From NCBI GenBank assembly GCA_944329425.1, contig CALVIG010000002.1, positions 593 through 64,592 on the forward strand: 64,000 bases of DNA, written 5' to 3'. The notes under the pieces were generated by a model. The model did not search any database and had not been told where the DNA came from. It was given only the letters and a program-made list of their open reading frames with translations. Every line of letters starts with the position of its first letter. Position 1 is the stretch's first letter. Below are positions 47,055 to 57,226 of this stretch, one piece after another. Position numbers and translations under genes: made by a program. This DNA comes from an uncultured Bacilli bacterium. Lineage in GTDB: Bacteria; Bacillota_I; Bacilli_A; RF39; UBA660.

Positions 47055-47288
47055 GGTGAATATTATACGAGAATAAAAATAATAGGATTTAACTGTAGCA
47101 ATGGAATAAAATTAAGAAAAATGGTAGAAAGGGCTATAGAACAATATGATGGTTCTGTAGAAATAGAATTACAAGATAATAAAGATAATAAAATAAAAAA
47201 CGTTCCTGGCTTGGTTATTAATGGTAATTTAGTAAGCGAAGGAAAAGTTTTAACGGTAAGAGAAATAACAAAACTTATGAATTGTTAA
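47055..47288 (+). pseudogene. Degenerate TM0996/MTH895-type thioredoxin-fold mini-protein ORF (no AUG start, CxxC replaced by CSNG)
   Basis: In-frame peptide after TGA: GEYYTRIKIIGFNCSNGIKLRKMVERAIEQYDGSVEIELQDN..NVPGLVINGNLVSEGKVLTVREITKLMNC. It is collinear with about 77-aa TM0996-family redox proteins (MKIxILGTGCxKC...PALVINGxVKxxGxVPxxEEI). The only ATG is at codon 28 (47121). The second Cys of CxxC is Gly. Confidence 0.35.
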
Positions 47289-47423
47289 ATATAGATATTA
47301 TATGAAAAGGCGGTGAATAATATGTAGTTGGTTTAAAGGATATCAAACTTTTTGATATACCAAGTGACCAACGAATTATATTTCTATTAGCAAGTACTTT
47401 TGTTACTTGCTTTTATTTTGGTG

Positions 47424-47452
47424 TTGACAAATAAAAAGTTCGATGCTATAAT
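47424..47452 (+). promoter_or_regulatory. Consensus sigma-A promoter for the tRNA-Ser/tRNA-fMet pair
   Basis: TTGACA-17 nt-TATAAT, about 55 nt upstream of tRNA-Ser. Confidence 0.6.
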
Positions 47453-47509
47453 TTTATTGCTATTTAATTGTTATACATGTTGTTTTATAGCATATAATAA
47501 TTATGTCAT

Positions 47510-47602
47510 GGAGGAATACCCAAGTCTGGTTGAAGGGACCGGTCTTGAAAACCGGGAGGTCGGGCAACCGGCGCGGGGGTTCGAATCCCTCTTCCTCCGC
47601 CA
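47510..47602 (+). tRNA. tRNA-Ser (TGA)
   Basis: GGAGGAA/TTCCTCC acceptor, anticodon loop CTTGAAA, long variable arm, CCA. Confidence 0.85.
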
Positions 47603-47612
47603 CTTATAATAT

Positions 47613-47689
<77 letters not shown>

Positions 47690-47808
47690 AGAAATCAGAA
47701 CATAAGCTTGTCTTATGTTTTTTTAATACACTAGATAAATTAAAATTCTGAGATAAAAATTGAATAGTAATATAATAAAGTCACCATGATATTAATGGTG
47801 ATTTTATT

Positions 47809-49308
47809 ATGAAAAAAAGCTTGTGGCAAAAGTATAATGATATGAAAAAATTAAATTCTATAAACGAAAACATGAGTACGGACGTATTAATAATAGGAGC
47901 TGGGATAACAGGTGTTAGTGTTGCTTATAACCTAATTAACCATAAAGAAAACGTTATTTTAATAGACAGAAACAAGTGCTGTGATGGTGTTACTTCCAAA
48001 AGTACGGGAAAACTTACATATTTACAAGATTTAATGTACCAAAAAATAGTAAATACATGTGGGATGGATGCTGCAAAATTATACTATGATGCCCAAAAAG
48101 AGGCTATAAGAATAGTTAAAAAGAACGTTAAAAACGAAAACATAGATTGTGATTTAAAGCAAAGTGAATCAATTGTTTTTACCAAAGATTTAAAAGAATT
48201 ACCTAAGTTTGAAGTAGAAAGAAGAATATTAGACGAGCTAGACGTTAATTATTCTAATTTACATAATAAATTTTTATTAAATGATGTAAAAGATGTTATT
48301 AAAGTAAAAAACACTTATGTTTTTAATCCGATAAAATACGTAATATCTTTATTAAAAAAAGTGATAAATAGTTCTAATATATTAGTTTATGAAAACAGTA
48401 TTGCAACAAAAATAAAGAAAGAAAATGATTTTTTTATTGTTATGGTAAATGGTTTTGAAATAAAAACTAAGAAGGTGGTTATAGCGTGTAATTATCCTTT
48501 TTTTACCATACCAGGACTCATACCATTTAAGACTTACGTTGAAAAATCATACATATGTGCTTCCAAGACTGATGAAACACAAAATTTAAACGCTATAAGT
48601 AGTAATTATCCTTGTGAATCATTTAGGCATTATGATGATGGTAAGGATAAATATTTTATATATTTAAATAACTCTTCTAAAATATGTGATAAACTTAATT
48701 ACGAAAAGAATTATAAGCAATGTGCAAAAAAAATTAAAGAGATAACTAATAACAAGCCTCTTTATAAGTGGGAAAATATGGATGTTTTAACCAATGACAA
48801 TTTACCATTAATAGGACGTATATCTTCTTATGAGAAAAACGTTTTTATTGCAACAGGATATAATACTTGGGGAATGACTAATGGGGTAATAGCAGGTAAA
48901 ATTATATCTGATTTAATTTTGAATAAAAAAAATAAATACGTTGATTTGTTTAATCCGTCTAGATCAATAAATTTTAGTAAGTTTAAAAATTTTATTACCA
49001 ATACTATGATAAGTAACGTTAAAGCGTATACTTTTAACTTGATTAGGAAAAACCCATCATGGTATAAAAATAAAGCTATCGTAACTAAAATAAATGGAAA
49101 AAGGGTAGGAGTTTATTTTGATAGTAAAGGAGAAAAACACGTAGTATCAAATATATGTCCTCATTTAAAATGCTTCTTAACTTTTAACGAAGTTGATAAA
49201 ACTTGGGATTGCCCATGCCATGGATCTAGGTTTGACGTGGATGGTAACTGTGTTAAAGGCCCTAGTGTATATGATATAAAAATAGATGAAACTAATATTT
49301 CAAACTAG
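47809..49308 (+). CDS. FAD-dependent oxidoreductase fused to C-terminal Rieske [2Fe-2S] domain (YhfW-like)
   Basis: N-terminal GAGITG dinucleotide-binding motif. C-terminal CPHLKC...CPCHGSRFD Rieske motifs. 499 aa, matching the B. subtilis YhfW architecture. Confidence 0.7.
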   Translation: MKKSLWQKYNDMKKLNSINENMSTDVLIIGAGITGVSVAYNLINHKENVILIDRNKCCDGVTSKSTGKLTYLQDLMYQKIVNTCGMDAAKLYYDAQKEAIRIVKKNVKNENIDCDLKQSESIVFTKDLKELPKFEVERRILDELDVNYSNLHNKFLLNDVKDVIKVKNTYVFNPIKYVISLLKKVINSSNILVYENSIATKIKKENDFFIVMVNGFEIKTKKVVIACNYPFFTIPGLIPFKTYVEKSYICASKTDETQNLNAISSNYPCESFRHYDDGKDKYFIYLNNSSKICDKLNYEKNYKQCAKKIKEITNNKPLYKWENMDVLTNDNLPLIGRISSYEKNVFIATGYNTWGMTNGVIAGKIISDLILNKKNKYVDLFNPSRSINFSKFKNFITNTMISNVKAYTFNLIRKNPSWYKNKAIVTKINGKRVGVYFDSKGEKHVVSNICPHLKCFLTFNEVDKTWDCPCHGSRFDVDGNCVKGPSVYDIKIDETNISN

Positions 49309-49480
49309 TTTCATCTATTGTATCAATTAAAAAATCTTTGTTAGTGGCTTTATTTTGCAAGAAAAGAACTATCATAAATTCGTTATAATTAATTGTTTTC
49401 AAAATACCACCTGCTTTTGTAATATGCTTGATATTTTAACATAAAATATAAATATGTAAAGAAAATTAATTAAAAAGTTG

Positions 49481-49509
49481 TTGACAAAGATATTTAATTA
49501 ATATATAAT
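49481..49509 (+). promoter_or_regulatory. Consensus sigma-A promoter for tRNA-Asn
   Basis: TTGACA-17 nt-TATAAT, about 35 nt upstream of the tRNA. Confidence 0.55.
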
Positions 49510-49543
49510 TTGTTTGTACCTTGAAAAAGGAAACCGACGTAAT

Positions 49544-49619
49544 GCTTCAATAGCTCAGTCGGTAGAGCATCCGGCTGTTAACCGGCAGGTCGTAGGTTCG
49601 AGTCCTACTTGAAGCGCCA
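49544..49619 (+). tRNA. tRNA-Asn (GTT)
   Basis: GCTTCAA/TTGAAGC acceptor, anticodon loop CTGTTAA, CCA. Hairpin terminator follows (about 49625-49655). Confidence 0.85.
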
Positions 49620-49744
49620 TTTTTAAAAATTAAGTAGCAATTGCTACTTTTTTTGTTTTTTAAATAATTATTTATTATGTTAAAGAATAAAATATAATTA
49701 AATGTTGTAAAATAATAAAAATATGATATAATTTAACTATATTG

Positions 49745-49995
49745 TCTTTATGAGCGAAGAAAAGGAAAAGTAATTAAACAAAACTTTAAAGAGAGCTGAT
49801 GGTGGTGAAATATCAGTAAGATAGTTTAATGAAAGAACACCTTGGAGCTTCTTACCGAAAGTTTTAATTAGTAGGCTAAGACGGAAGATAACCCGTTAAA
49901 GTATCTTAAAGTGACTATTTTATAAATAGTAAACTGGGTGGTACCACGGATATTAACAGTTATTCGTCCCTATGGGATGGATAGCTGTTTTTTAA
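49745..49995 (+). ncRNA. T-box riboswitch leader of aspS
   Basis: AGAGA/GNUGG stem I elements (aaagAGAGctgatGGTGGtgaaa). Conserved T-box sequence AAACTGGGTGGTACCACGG (about 49931-49949). Terminator hairpin plus T-run just before the aspS SD. Confidence 0.7.
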
Positions 49996-50021
49996 TTAAA
50001 AAAAGAAAGGAATGATAAATA

Positions 50022-51764
50022 ATGAGTACGTATAGAACAAATACATGTGGGGAACTAACAATAAAAGATTTAGATAAGAAGGTTGTATTAGCTGGTTTTG
50101 TATCAACAATAAGAGACCATGGTGGTGTTATGTTCGTGGACTTAAGAGATCATTATGGAACAACACAAATAGTAGTTCATGATGATTCAATGCTAAAAGG
50201 AGTATCAAAAGAAACCGTAATTAAGGTTACTGGTACGGTTGTTAAAAGAGATGAAGAAACAATTAATAAAAAGCTTTCAACAGGAGAAATAGAAGTAGTA
50301 ATAGACTCTCTTGAGTTATTATCTGATACTGCTAAAGCATTGCCATTTGAAGTAGATGAATCTAAAAAAGTATCAGAGGATGTTAGATTAAAATATAGAT
50401 TCTTGGATTTAAGAAATCCAAAAGTTCACGAAAACATTGTTTTAAGATCAAAGGCATTTAACTTTTTAAGAAACATGATGCAAGAATTAGGATTCTTAGA
50501 AGTACAAACTCCAATTCTTACATCATCATCTCCAGAAGGTGCTAGAGACTTTATAATTCCATCAAGAAAACATAAGGGAAAGTTTTACGCACTTCCTCAA
50601 GCACCACAACAATTTAAACAACTTTTAATGGCATCAGGTTTTGATAGATATTTCCAGTTAGCTCCATGTTTTAGAGATGAAGATGGAAGAGCTGATAGAT
50701 TAGTTGGTGAATTTTATCAATTAGATATGGAAATGGCTTTTGCAGACCAAGAAGATATAATGGAAGTTGCTGAAAAAGTATATCCAGCTTTCTTTAAAGA
50801 ATTTGGTAAAAGACGAGTAACCGAAGGTCATTTTAAAAGAATCCCTTATAATGAGTCAATGCTTAAATATGGCACTGATAAACCAGATTTAAGAAACCCA
50901 CTTGAAATAATTGATATTAGTGAAGTATTTACTGAAACAGAATTTAAACCATTTAGAGGTGCAATTGTTCGTGCAATTAAAGTTGATGACATCGCATCTA
51001 AACCAAATAGTTGGTTTAATGAAGTAGTTGATTATGCTAAATCAATTGATATGCCAGGTATTGGGTATATTAGCGTAATGGAAGATAAAACACTTAAAGG
51101 TCCAATTGATAAGTTCTTAACAGAAGAAGATAGAACGGCTTTATTTGAAAAAGCAGACTTGAAAGTTGGTAGCGTATTATTCTTTATCGCAGATAAAAGA
51201 CGTGATGTAGTAACTCGTAATGCTGGTTTAATAAGAACAGAATTAGGACGTAAGTTAGATTTAATGGATCATAATTTATTTGAATTTTGCTTTATAACAG
51301 ATATGCCAATGTATGAAATAAGTGAAATAACAGGAAAACTTGATTTTATGCATAATCCATTTAGTATGCCAAGAGGTGGAATGAAGGCTTTGGAAAACGA
51401 AGACCCATTATCTATTTATGCAGATCAATTTGACGTTGTATGTAATGGTGTTGAATTAGTATCAGGAGCTGTTAGAAATAACAGACCAGAAGTACTTTTA
51501 AAAGCATTTGAACTTGCTGGTTATACTGAAGAAGATATTAAAAAGAAATTTAGTGCTTTATATACAGCATTTAAATATGGTTGCCCACCACACGTAGGTA
51601 TGGCTTTAGGTATTGATCGTGCACTTATGATGTTGTTAGAAGAAGATAACGTAAGAGAAACCGTTGCGTTCCCATTAAACCAAAATGGTGAAGATGTACT
51701 TACTGGTACTCCAAACGAAGTTACTGAATTACAATTAAGAGAAACTCATATTAAGTTAAGATAG
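50022..51764 (+). CDS. aspS: Aspartyl-tRNA synthetase (bacterial type)
   Basis: 580 aa. Class II motifs (FRDE, QLDME, GxGxDR), with GAD insertion domain. Confidence 0.9.
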   Translation: MSTYRTNTCGELTIKDLDKKVVLAGFVSTIRDHGGVMFVDLRDHYGTTQIVVHDDSMLKGVSKETVIKVTGTVVKRDEETINKKLSTGEIEVVIDSLELLSDTAKALPFEVDESKKVSEDVRLKYRFLDLRNPKVHENIVLRSKAFNFLRNMMQELGFLEVQTPILTSSSPEGARDFIIPSRKHKGKFYALPQAPQQFKQLLMASGFDRYFQLAPCFRDEDGRADRLVGEFYQLDMEMAFADQEDIMEVAEKVYPAFFKEFGKRRVTEGHFKRIPYNESMLKYGTDKPDLRNPLEIIDISEVFTETEFKPFRGAIVRAIKVDDIASKPNSWFNEVVDYAKSIDMPGIGYISVMEDKTLKGPIDKFLTEEDRTALFEKADLKVGSVLFFIADKRRDVVTRNAGLIRTELGRKLDLMDHNLFEFCFITDMPMYEISEITGKLDFMHNPFSMPRGGMKALENEDPLSIYADQFDVVCNGVELVSGAVRNNRPEVLLKAFELAGYTEEDIKKKFSALYTAFKYGCPPHVGMALGIDRALMMLLEEDNVRETVAFPLNQNGEDVLTGTPNEVTELQLRETHIKLR

Positions 51765-51774
51765 GAGGATAAAA

Positions 51775-52080
51775 ATGCAAAAGATAACTAAAGAAAACAT
51801 TCAAGATTATGCATTAAAATTAATGTTTAAAATGAAAGATGAAGAATTTGATGCTTTCGAAAAAGAGTTTGAAACAATTTTAAAGCATATGGATTTAATA
51901 GGACAAATAGATGGAATAGAAAAAGTAGAACCTATGACTTTCCCTTTCAAAAACAAAGATGTTAAGTTAAGAAAAGATGTTGCAACATCAACGCTTACCA
52001 CTGATGATGCGGTAAAAAATGCTCATGAAACAATCTATGATGAAGTTAAGGTTCCAAAAGTAGTTGGAGGTGAGTCTTAA
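51775..52080 (+). CDS. gatC: Asp/Glu-tRNA amidotransferase subunit C
   Basis: 101 aa in the gatC-gatA-gatB operon position. Typical GatC size. Confidence 0.7.
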   Translation: MQKITKENIQDYALKLMFKMKDEEFDAFEKEFETILKHMDLIGQIDGIEKVEPMTFPFKNKDVKLRKDVATSTLTTDDAVKNAHETIYDEVKVPKVVGGES

Positions 52081-53519
52081 TGAGTTATTTAGATAAAAGT
52101 TTAAAAGAAATTCATCAAGCTTTACAAGAAGGAAAAGTAACTAGTAAAGAATTAACAGAAGAAGCTTTAAAAAGAGCTCATGAATATCAAGAAGAATTAA
52201 ATAGTTTTGTTACTATCCTAGATGATGCTAAGGAAGAAAAAGTAACTGATAATGTTTTATCAGGAATTCCATGTGCTATTAAAGATAACTTCTCAACTAA
52301 AGGAGTTTTAACTACTGCATCATCTAACATATTATCTGATTATGTTCCAGTGTTTGATGCAACTGCAGTTGCTAAATTAAAAGATGCTGGTATGGTTATG
52401 ATAGGTAAAACGGTACTTGATGAACTTGCTATGGGTGGAACAGGAACTACTGGTCATACTGGTATAGTAAAAAATCCATGGGACCCTACAAGAATGATTG
52501 GTGGTTCATCAGCTGGATCTGCTGCAGCTGTAGCCCGTGGTATCGTTCCTTATGCGCTAGGTTCTGATACAGGTGATTCTATTCGTAAACCTGCTGGATA
52601 TGGTGGTGTAGTTGGTTATAAGCCTACTTACGGATTAGTATCAAGATGGGGATTATTTGCATTTGCTTCTTCATTAGATCACGTAGGATGCTTTGCTAAA
52701 ACGGTAGAAGATGCTGCTTATGTAATTGACAACATCAAAGGAATAGATGAAAAAGATATGACTTCTTTTGATTCATCAAATGTTAATATAGTTGATAATT
52801 TAAATAATGATGTAGCTGGCAAAAAATTATTTTATATAAAAGAAATAGTAGATGAATTAAAAGAAGATAAAAAGTACTATGATAATTTTTTAAAAGTATT
52901 AGATTATGCTAAAGAATTAGGTATGGAAGTTAAAGAAGAAAGTATAGATGGAAATATTTTAAGAGGAATATATCCTTCATATATGGCTATATCTTGCGCT
53001 GAGGCAACAAGTAATAACTCAAACTTAACTGGTATTCCTTTTGGTAATAGAAAAGATGGGTCTACTCCAGATGAAGTTATGATAAATACTAGAACTGAAG
53101 GATTTTCTGAATTAATAAGAAGAAGATTTGTTATTGGTTCGTTTATCCTTCAAAAAGAAAACCAAGAAAAATTATTCTTAAATGCCCAAAGAATTAGAAG
53201 ATTAATCGTTGATAAGGTGACTGATTTATTTAAAACATATGATGGTTGCATAATGCCAAACGCTGGTTCTATAGCACCTAAATTTGATGAAGAACATGAT
53301 CGTTTATCTGATAAATATTTACTTTTAGAAAACCATTTAGGAATTGGTAACTTTGGTGGTTTTCCATCTATTACAATACCATCAGGTCTTGTTGATAATA
53401 TGCCTGTTGCAATTAATATAACAGGTCCTATAATGACTGATGACGTTGTATTTAATATTGCTAATAAATTAGAAGAAAAAATAGGATTTGTACCATTATC
53501 TAAAAAGGAGGAAAAATAA
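52080..53519 (+). CDS. gatA: Asp/Glu-tRNA amidotransferase subunit A (amidase signature)
   Basis: Amidase signature GGSSAGSAAAVA. 479 aa. Confidence 0.9.
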   Translation: MSYLDKSLKEIHQALQEGKVTSKELTEEALKRAHEYQEELNSFVTILDDAKEEKVTDNVLSGIPCAIKDNFSTKGVLTTASSNILSDYVPVFDATAVAKLKDAGMVMIGKTVLDELAMGGTGTTGHTGIVKNPWDPTRMIGGSSAGSAAAVARGIVPYALGSDTGDSIRKPAGYGGVVGYKPTYGLVSRWGLFAFASSLDHVGCFAKTVEDAAYVIDNIKGIDEKDMTSFDSSNVNIVDNLNNDVAGKKLFYIKEIVDELKEDKKYYDNFLKVLDYAKELGMEVKEESIDGNILRGIYPSYMAISCAEATSNNSNLTGIPFGNRKDGSTPDEVMINTRTEGFSELIRRRFVIGSFILQKENQEKLFLNAQRIRRLIVDKVTDLFKTYDGCIMPNAGSIAPKFDEEHDRLSDKYLLLENHLGIGNFGGFPSITIPSGLVDNMPVAINITGPIMTDDVVFNIANKLEEKIGFVPLSKKEEK

Positions 53520-53520
53520 T

Positions 53521-54945
53521 ATGTATAAAGTAACAATTGGATTAGAAGTTCACTGTGAACTTCAGTCAAACTCAAAAGTTTTTTCTCCTGCTATAAATGG
53601 TTATACAGAAGCTCCAAATAGCCACGTAGCATACCAAGATTTAGGTTTCCCTGGAATTCTTCCAGTAGCTAACGAGGAAGCTGTTAAAAGAGCTTTAAAG
53701 GTGTCTATGGCGATGAACTGTAAAACACCTGATGAAATAATTTTTGACCGTAAAAACTATTATTATCCAGATTTACCAAAAGGTTACCAAATAACTCAAA
53801 TGACTAAACCAGTAGGTATTAATGGATATGTAGATATTGATGTAAATGGAGAAATAAAAAGAGTTGACATTCATGATACACACTTAGAAGAAGATACTGC
53901 TTCACTAGATCACTATGATACTTATTCATTAATTGATTATAACCGTAGTGGTATTCCTTTATTAGAAACCGTAACAGAGCCTTGTTTACATTCTAAAGAA
54001 GAAGCTTTAACTTTTTTGGAAACGTATCGTTCTTTAATCGTTTACTGTGGTGTTTCAGAAGCAAGAAGTGATAAAGGACAAATGCGTTGTGATGTTAACG
54101 TATCACTTTCTGAAACTGATGAATTGGGTAGTAAAGTAGAAATTAAAAACATTAACTCATTTTATAATGTTGGCCGTGCAATTGATTTTGAAATTGAAAG
54201 ACAAACAGAAATTCTTCAAAATGGTGGAGTAGTTGAACAAGAAACAAGAAGATTAGATGATGAAACGGGAGAGACTTTCCATATGAGAAGTAAAGTTGAT
54301 GCGGTTGATTATAAATATTTTATTGAACCAAACATTGCACCAACGCCTGTTACCGATGAAATGTTAGAAGAAATAAGAAAGACGATTCCTATGCTTCAAT
54401 TAGATAGAAAAAGAAAGTATATGGAAGAATATGGTCTTTCTGAATATGATTCTGATGTTTTAGTTAAGGTAAAAGAAAACTCTGATTTCTTCCAAGAATG
54501 TGTTGATTTAGGCACTGATCCTAAAAAAGCATGTAACTGGGTTACTGGAATGCTTATGGGATATTTGAATGAAAATGAAATAAAAATAGAAGAAGTGCCT
54601 ATAAAACCAATTATGATAAAAGAATTAGTTGATTTAGTAGATGCTAAAACCATATCTTCAAAACAAGCTAAAGAAGTATTTGAATGTATGATAGAATCTG
54701 GTAAAGAACCAAATGTTATCGTTAAAGAAAAAGGTATGATGCAAATAAGTGACGATTCTGCTATTCATGATATTGTTATGGAAGTATTAAAAGAAAATGA
54801 TGAACAAGCAAGAAGCTATAATCCAGAAAAAACAAGAATGATAGACTTCTTTGTAGGACAAGTTATGAAAAAGACTCGTGGTAAAGCAAATCCTGCTAAG
54901 ACAATGGAAATGTTAAAAGAAGAACTTTCAAAGTATGGTAAATAA
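53521..54945 (+). CDS. gatB: Asp/Glu-tRNA amidotransferase subunit B
   Basis: MYKVTIGLEVHCEL start (track 53488 is an upstream extension). AAGGAGGA SD. About 474 aa. Terminator hairpin after the stop (about 54948-54985). Confidence 0.9.
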   Translation: MYKVTIGLEVHCELQSNSKVFSPAINGYTEAPNSHVAYQDLGFPGILPVANEEAVKRALKVSMAMNCKTPDEIIFDRKNYYYPDLPKGYQITQMTKPVGINGYVDIDVNGEIKRVDIHDTHLEEDTASLDHYDTYSLIDYNRSGIPLLETVTEPCLHSKEEALTFLETYRSLIVYCGVSEARSDKGQMRCDVNVSLSETDELGSKVEIKNINSFYNVGRAIDFEIERQTEILQNGGVVEQETRRLDDETGETFHMRSKVDAVDYKYFIEPNIAPTPVTDEMLEEIRKTIPMLQLDRKRKYMEEYGLSEYDSDVLVKVKENSDFFQECVDLGTDPKKACNWVTGMLMGYLNENEIKIEEVPIKPIMIKELVDLVDAKTISSKQAKEVFECMIESGKEPNVIVKEKGMMQISDDSAIHDIVMEVLKENDEQARSYNPEKTRMIDFFVGQVMKKTRGKANPAKTMEMLKEELSKYGK

Positions 54946-54981
54946 AAAAACTCGTAAGCATTTGCTTACGGGTTTTCTTTT

Positions 54982-55596
54982 TTAAAAAATTCGGTTTATA
55001 GAAACGCATGCGGAATATAAGTCATTTGGTACGAAATCAAAGTCAACATCAGAAGTGTTAATTAGTCTATAGCTTGCGCCAGGAAGGGCTTCAAAGATTG
55101 CGTTACCGCTAATTGTACCAGTATCACAACAAGTTAGTTTATTATGAGTAGATGAATGAGCAATTAACACATCTTCAGGTGAAACTTGGTGAAGTTCTAT
55201 TCCAAGAGCTATAGGCTCACAATCGTTTTCAACTATTTTTTTACTTCTTACGTTGATCCACCAATGCATTGTATATATACCGTTTTCCGGGATAAAGAAA
55301 TCACCAGTGGCTGGATTATATGATATTTTATTTGAAATGTTGGTGTTTTGAAATAATAATGGTGTTTGTTTTGGTACCGTTGTATTAGTTTCGTCATGAA
55401 CCATTGCATAACTATCTAAAGCGGCTCCAGGTCCTTGAGGTCCGGTAGCTCCAGTTGCTCCTTTTGGCCCCGTTGGCCCAGTAGGACCAGTATGGCCAGT
55501 GCAGTCGTTTATTAAACATTTAATTACTGCACATAGACAATCATCATTGCATGTGTTTTCGGCAACTTAATTTAATTTTTCTTGGATGTTGTTCAT
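54982..55596 (-). pseudogene. BclA/C1q-like collagen-repeat (exosporium-type) protein gene interrupted by an in-frame TAA after codon 9
   Basis: Minus-strand ATG at about 55596 with AAAGGAAAAAA SD gives MNNIQEKLN, then TAA (55567-55569). The same frame continues VAENTCNDDCLCAVIKCLINDCTGH-TGPTGPTGPKGATGATGPQGPG (GXX collagen triplets). It then runs into the 140-aa C1q/BclA-C-like domain, which the track lists from an internal Met (54982-55404). Confidence 0.5.
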
Positions 55597-55772
55597 TAAT
55601 AATTTTTTCCTTTCGTTATCATAATATGTCGGTAACAAAAAGTTGCTAGAGCGAATATAATATAGGTTATAGCATGATGATTATATAACATAGATAAGTT
55701 CGTTTTATCTAATTGACATTTAATAATTAAACAAGTTAAAATAAGATTAGAAAAAAATATGGAGGTGCTAAT

Positions 55773-56516
55773 ATGTTAGAAGGTAAAATTGCTGTTGTAA
55801 CCGGTGGAACAAGAGGGATTGGTTTTGCAACGGTTAAGAAGTTTTTAGAAAACAATGCTAAAGTAGTTCTTTTTGGTTCTAAAGAAGAAAGTGTAAAAAA
55901 AGCAGTAGAAGAATTAAAGAAAATTGATGAAAGTTATGATGTTATGGGGTTTTATCCTAATTTAAACGATTTAGGTGAGTTAGAAAAAGTATTTAACGAT
56001 ATAAAAGAACGTTATGGAAGGATTGATATTTTGGTAAATAACGCTGGCATAAGTGCAAGAGATAGTATCTATGATTATAAGCAAGAAGATTTTAACAAGA
56101 TTATTAACTTAAACGTTAACGCGGTATTCAACTGTACTAAAGCGGTTTGTAAAATCATGAAAGAGCAAGGCGGAGGTGTTATTTTAAATACTAGTTCAAT
56201 GGTTAGTATATATGGTCAAGCAACAGGTTGTGGATATCCTGCTAGTAAATTTGCCGTAAATGGTCTTACTAAATCCTTAGCAAGGGAACTAGGACCTGAT
56301 AACATTAGGGTAAATGCTGTTGCCCCGGGTGTTATTTATACTGACATGATGAAAGACGTACCAGAAGAATTAATAAAACCAGTTATTGCTGGAATACCAC
56401 TTGGAAGAATAGGTCAGCCAGAAGATATTGCAAACGCATTTTTGTTTTTAGCAAGTGACATGGCAAGCTACGTAACCGGAGAGATTTTATCGGTTGATGG
56501 AGCGGCAAGGAGTTAA
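55773..56516 (+). CDS. Short-chain dehydrogenase/reductase (FabG-like 3-oxoacyl-ACP / hydroxysteroid dehydrogenase family)
   Basis: TGGTRGIG Rossmann motif, NNAG, and catalytic S...YxxxK (YPASK). Confidence 0.75.
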   Translation: MLEGKIAVVTGGTRGIGFATVKKFLENNAKVVLFGSKEESVKKAVEELKKIDESYDVMGFYPNLNDLGELEKVFNDIKERYGRIDILVNNAGISARDSIYDYKQEDFNKIINLNVNAVFNCTKAVCKIMKEQGGGVILNTSSMVSIYGQATGCGYPASKFAVNGLTKSLARELGPDNIRVNAVAPGVIYTDMMKDVPEELIKPVIAGIPLGRIGQPEDIANAFLFLASDMASYVTGEILSVDGAARS

Positions 56517-56518
56517 AA

Positions 56519-57163
56519 ATGAATAAGAATGTTTTAAGAAATTTATCATACGGTGTATACGTTGCAACAAGTAAAGATGATGATAGAAACGTAGGTTGTG
56601 TTGCAAACAGCATAATGCAAGTAACCTCAAATCCAATGACGGTTGCGGTAAGTATAAATCATGATAATTACACTAATTCTTGTATTAAAAAAAGTGAAAA
56701 ACTTGCTATTTCAATTCTAAAAGAAGATAGTGATACAAAAATAATTGGTGAATTTGGTTTTAAAACTAGCCGTGATACTGATAAATTTGAAAATATAAGT
56801 TATAGTATAGTAGATGATCTTGCGGTAATTGATGATTCTTGTGGGTACCTTATTTGTGAAGTAATAGATAAAATGGAAACAGATACTCATACTGTGTTTT
56901 TAGCAAAAATAACAAATGCTGATGGATACACTACCAATAATCCAATGACTTATAAATACTATCATGAAAAGTTAAAAGGAACGTCTCCTAAAAACGCTCC
57001 TACTTATCAAGAAGAGCCTAAAACTGAAGATGTTTCTAAAAAAAAGGTTCAAAGATGGCGCTGTAAAGTGTGCGGTTACATCTACGAAGGAGAAGAACTT
57101 CCTTCTGATTTTATCTGTCCAATTTGCGGACAACCAGCAAGTGAGTTTGAAAGAATAGATTAA
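56519..57163 (+). CDS. Flavin reductase-like domain fused to C-terminal rubredoxin (high-molecular-weight rubredoxin, Hrb-type)
   Basis: Flavin_Reduct domain N-terminus. C-terminal CKVCGYIYEG...CPICG rubredoxin cysteine knuckles. Confidence 0.7.
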   Translation: MNKNVLRNLSYGVYVATSKDDDRNVGCVANSIMQVTSNPMTVAVSINHDNYTNSCIKKSEKLAISILKEDSDTKIIGEFGFKTSRDTDKFENISYSIVDDLAVIDDSCGYLICEVIDKMETDTHTVFLAKITNADGYTTNNPMTYKYYHEKLKGTSPKNAPTYQEEPKTEDVSKKKVQRWRCKVCGYIYEGEELPSDFICPICGQPASEFERID

Positions 57164-57226
57164 CTGGCCTTGGGCTAGTTTTTTTAAATTTAAAATGGTA
57201 TATTAATAAAGAGGTGATTACTTTAT

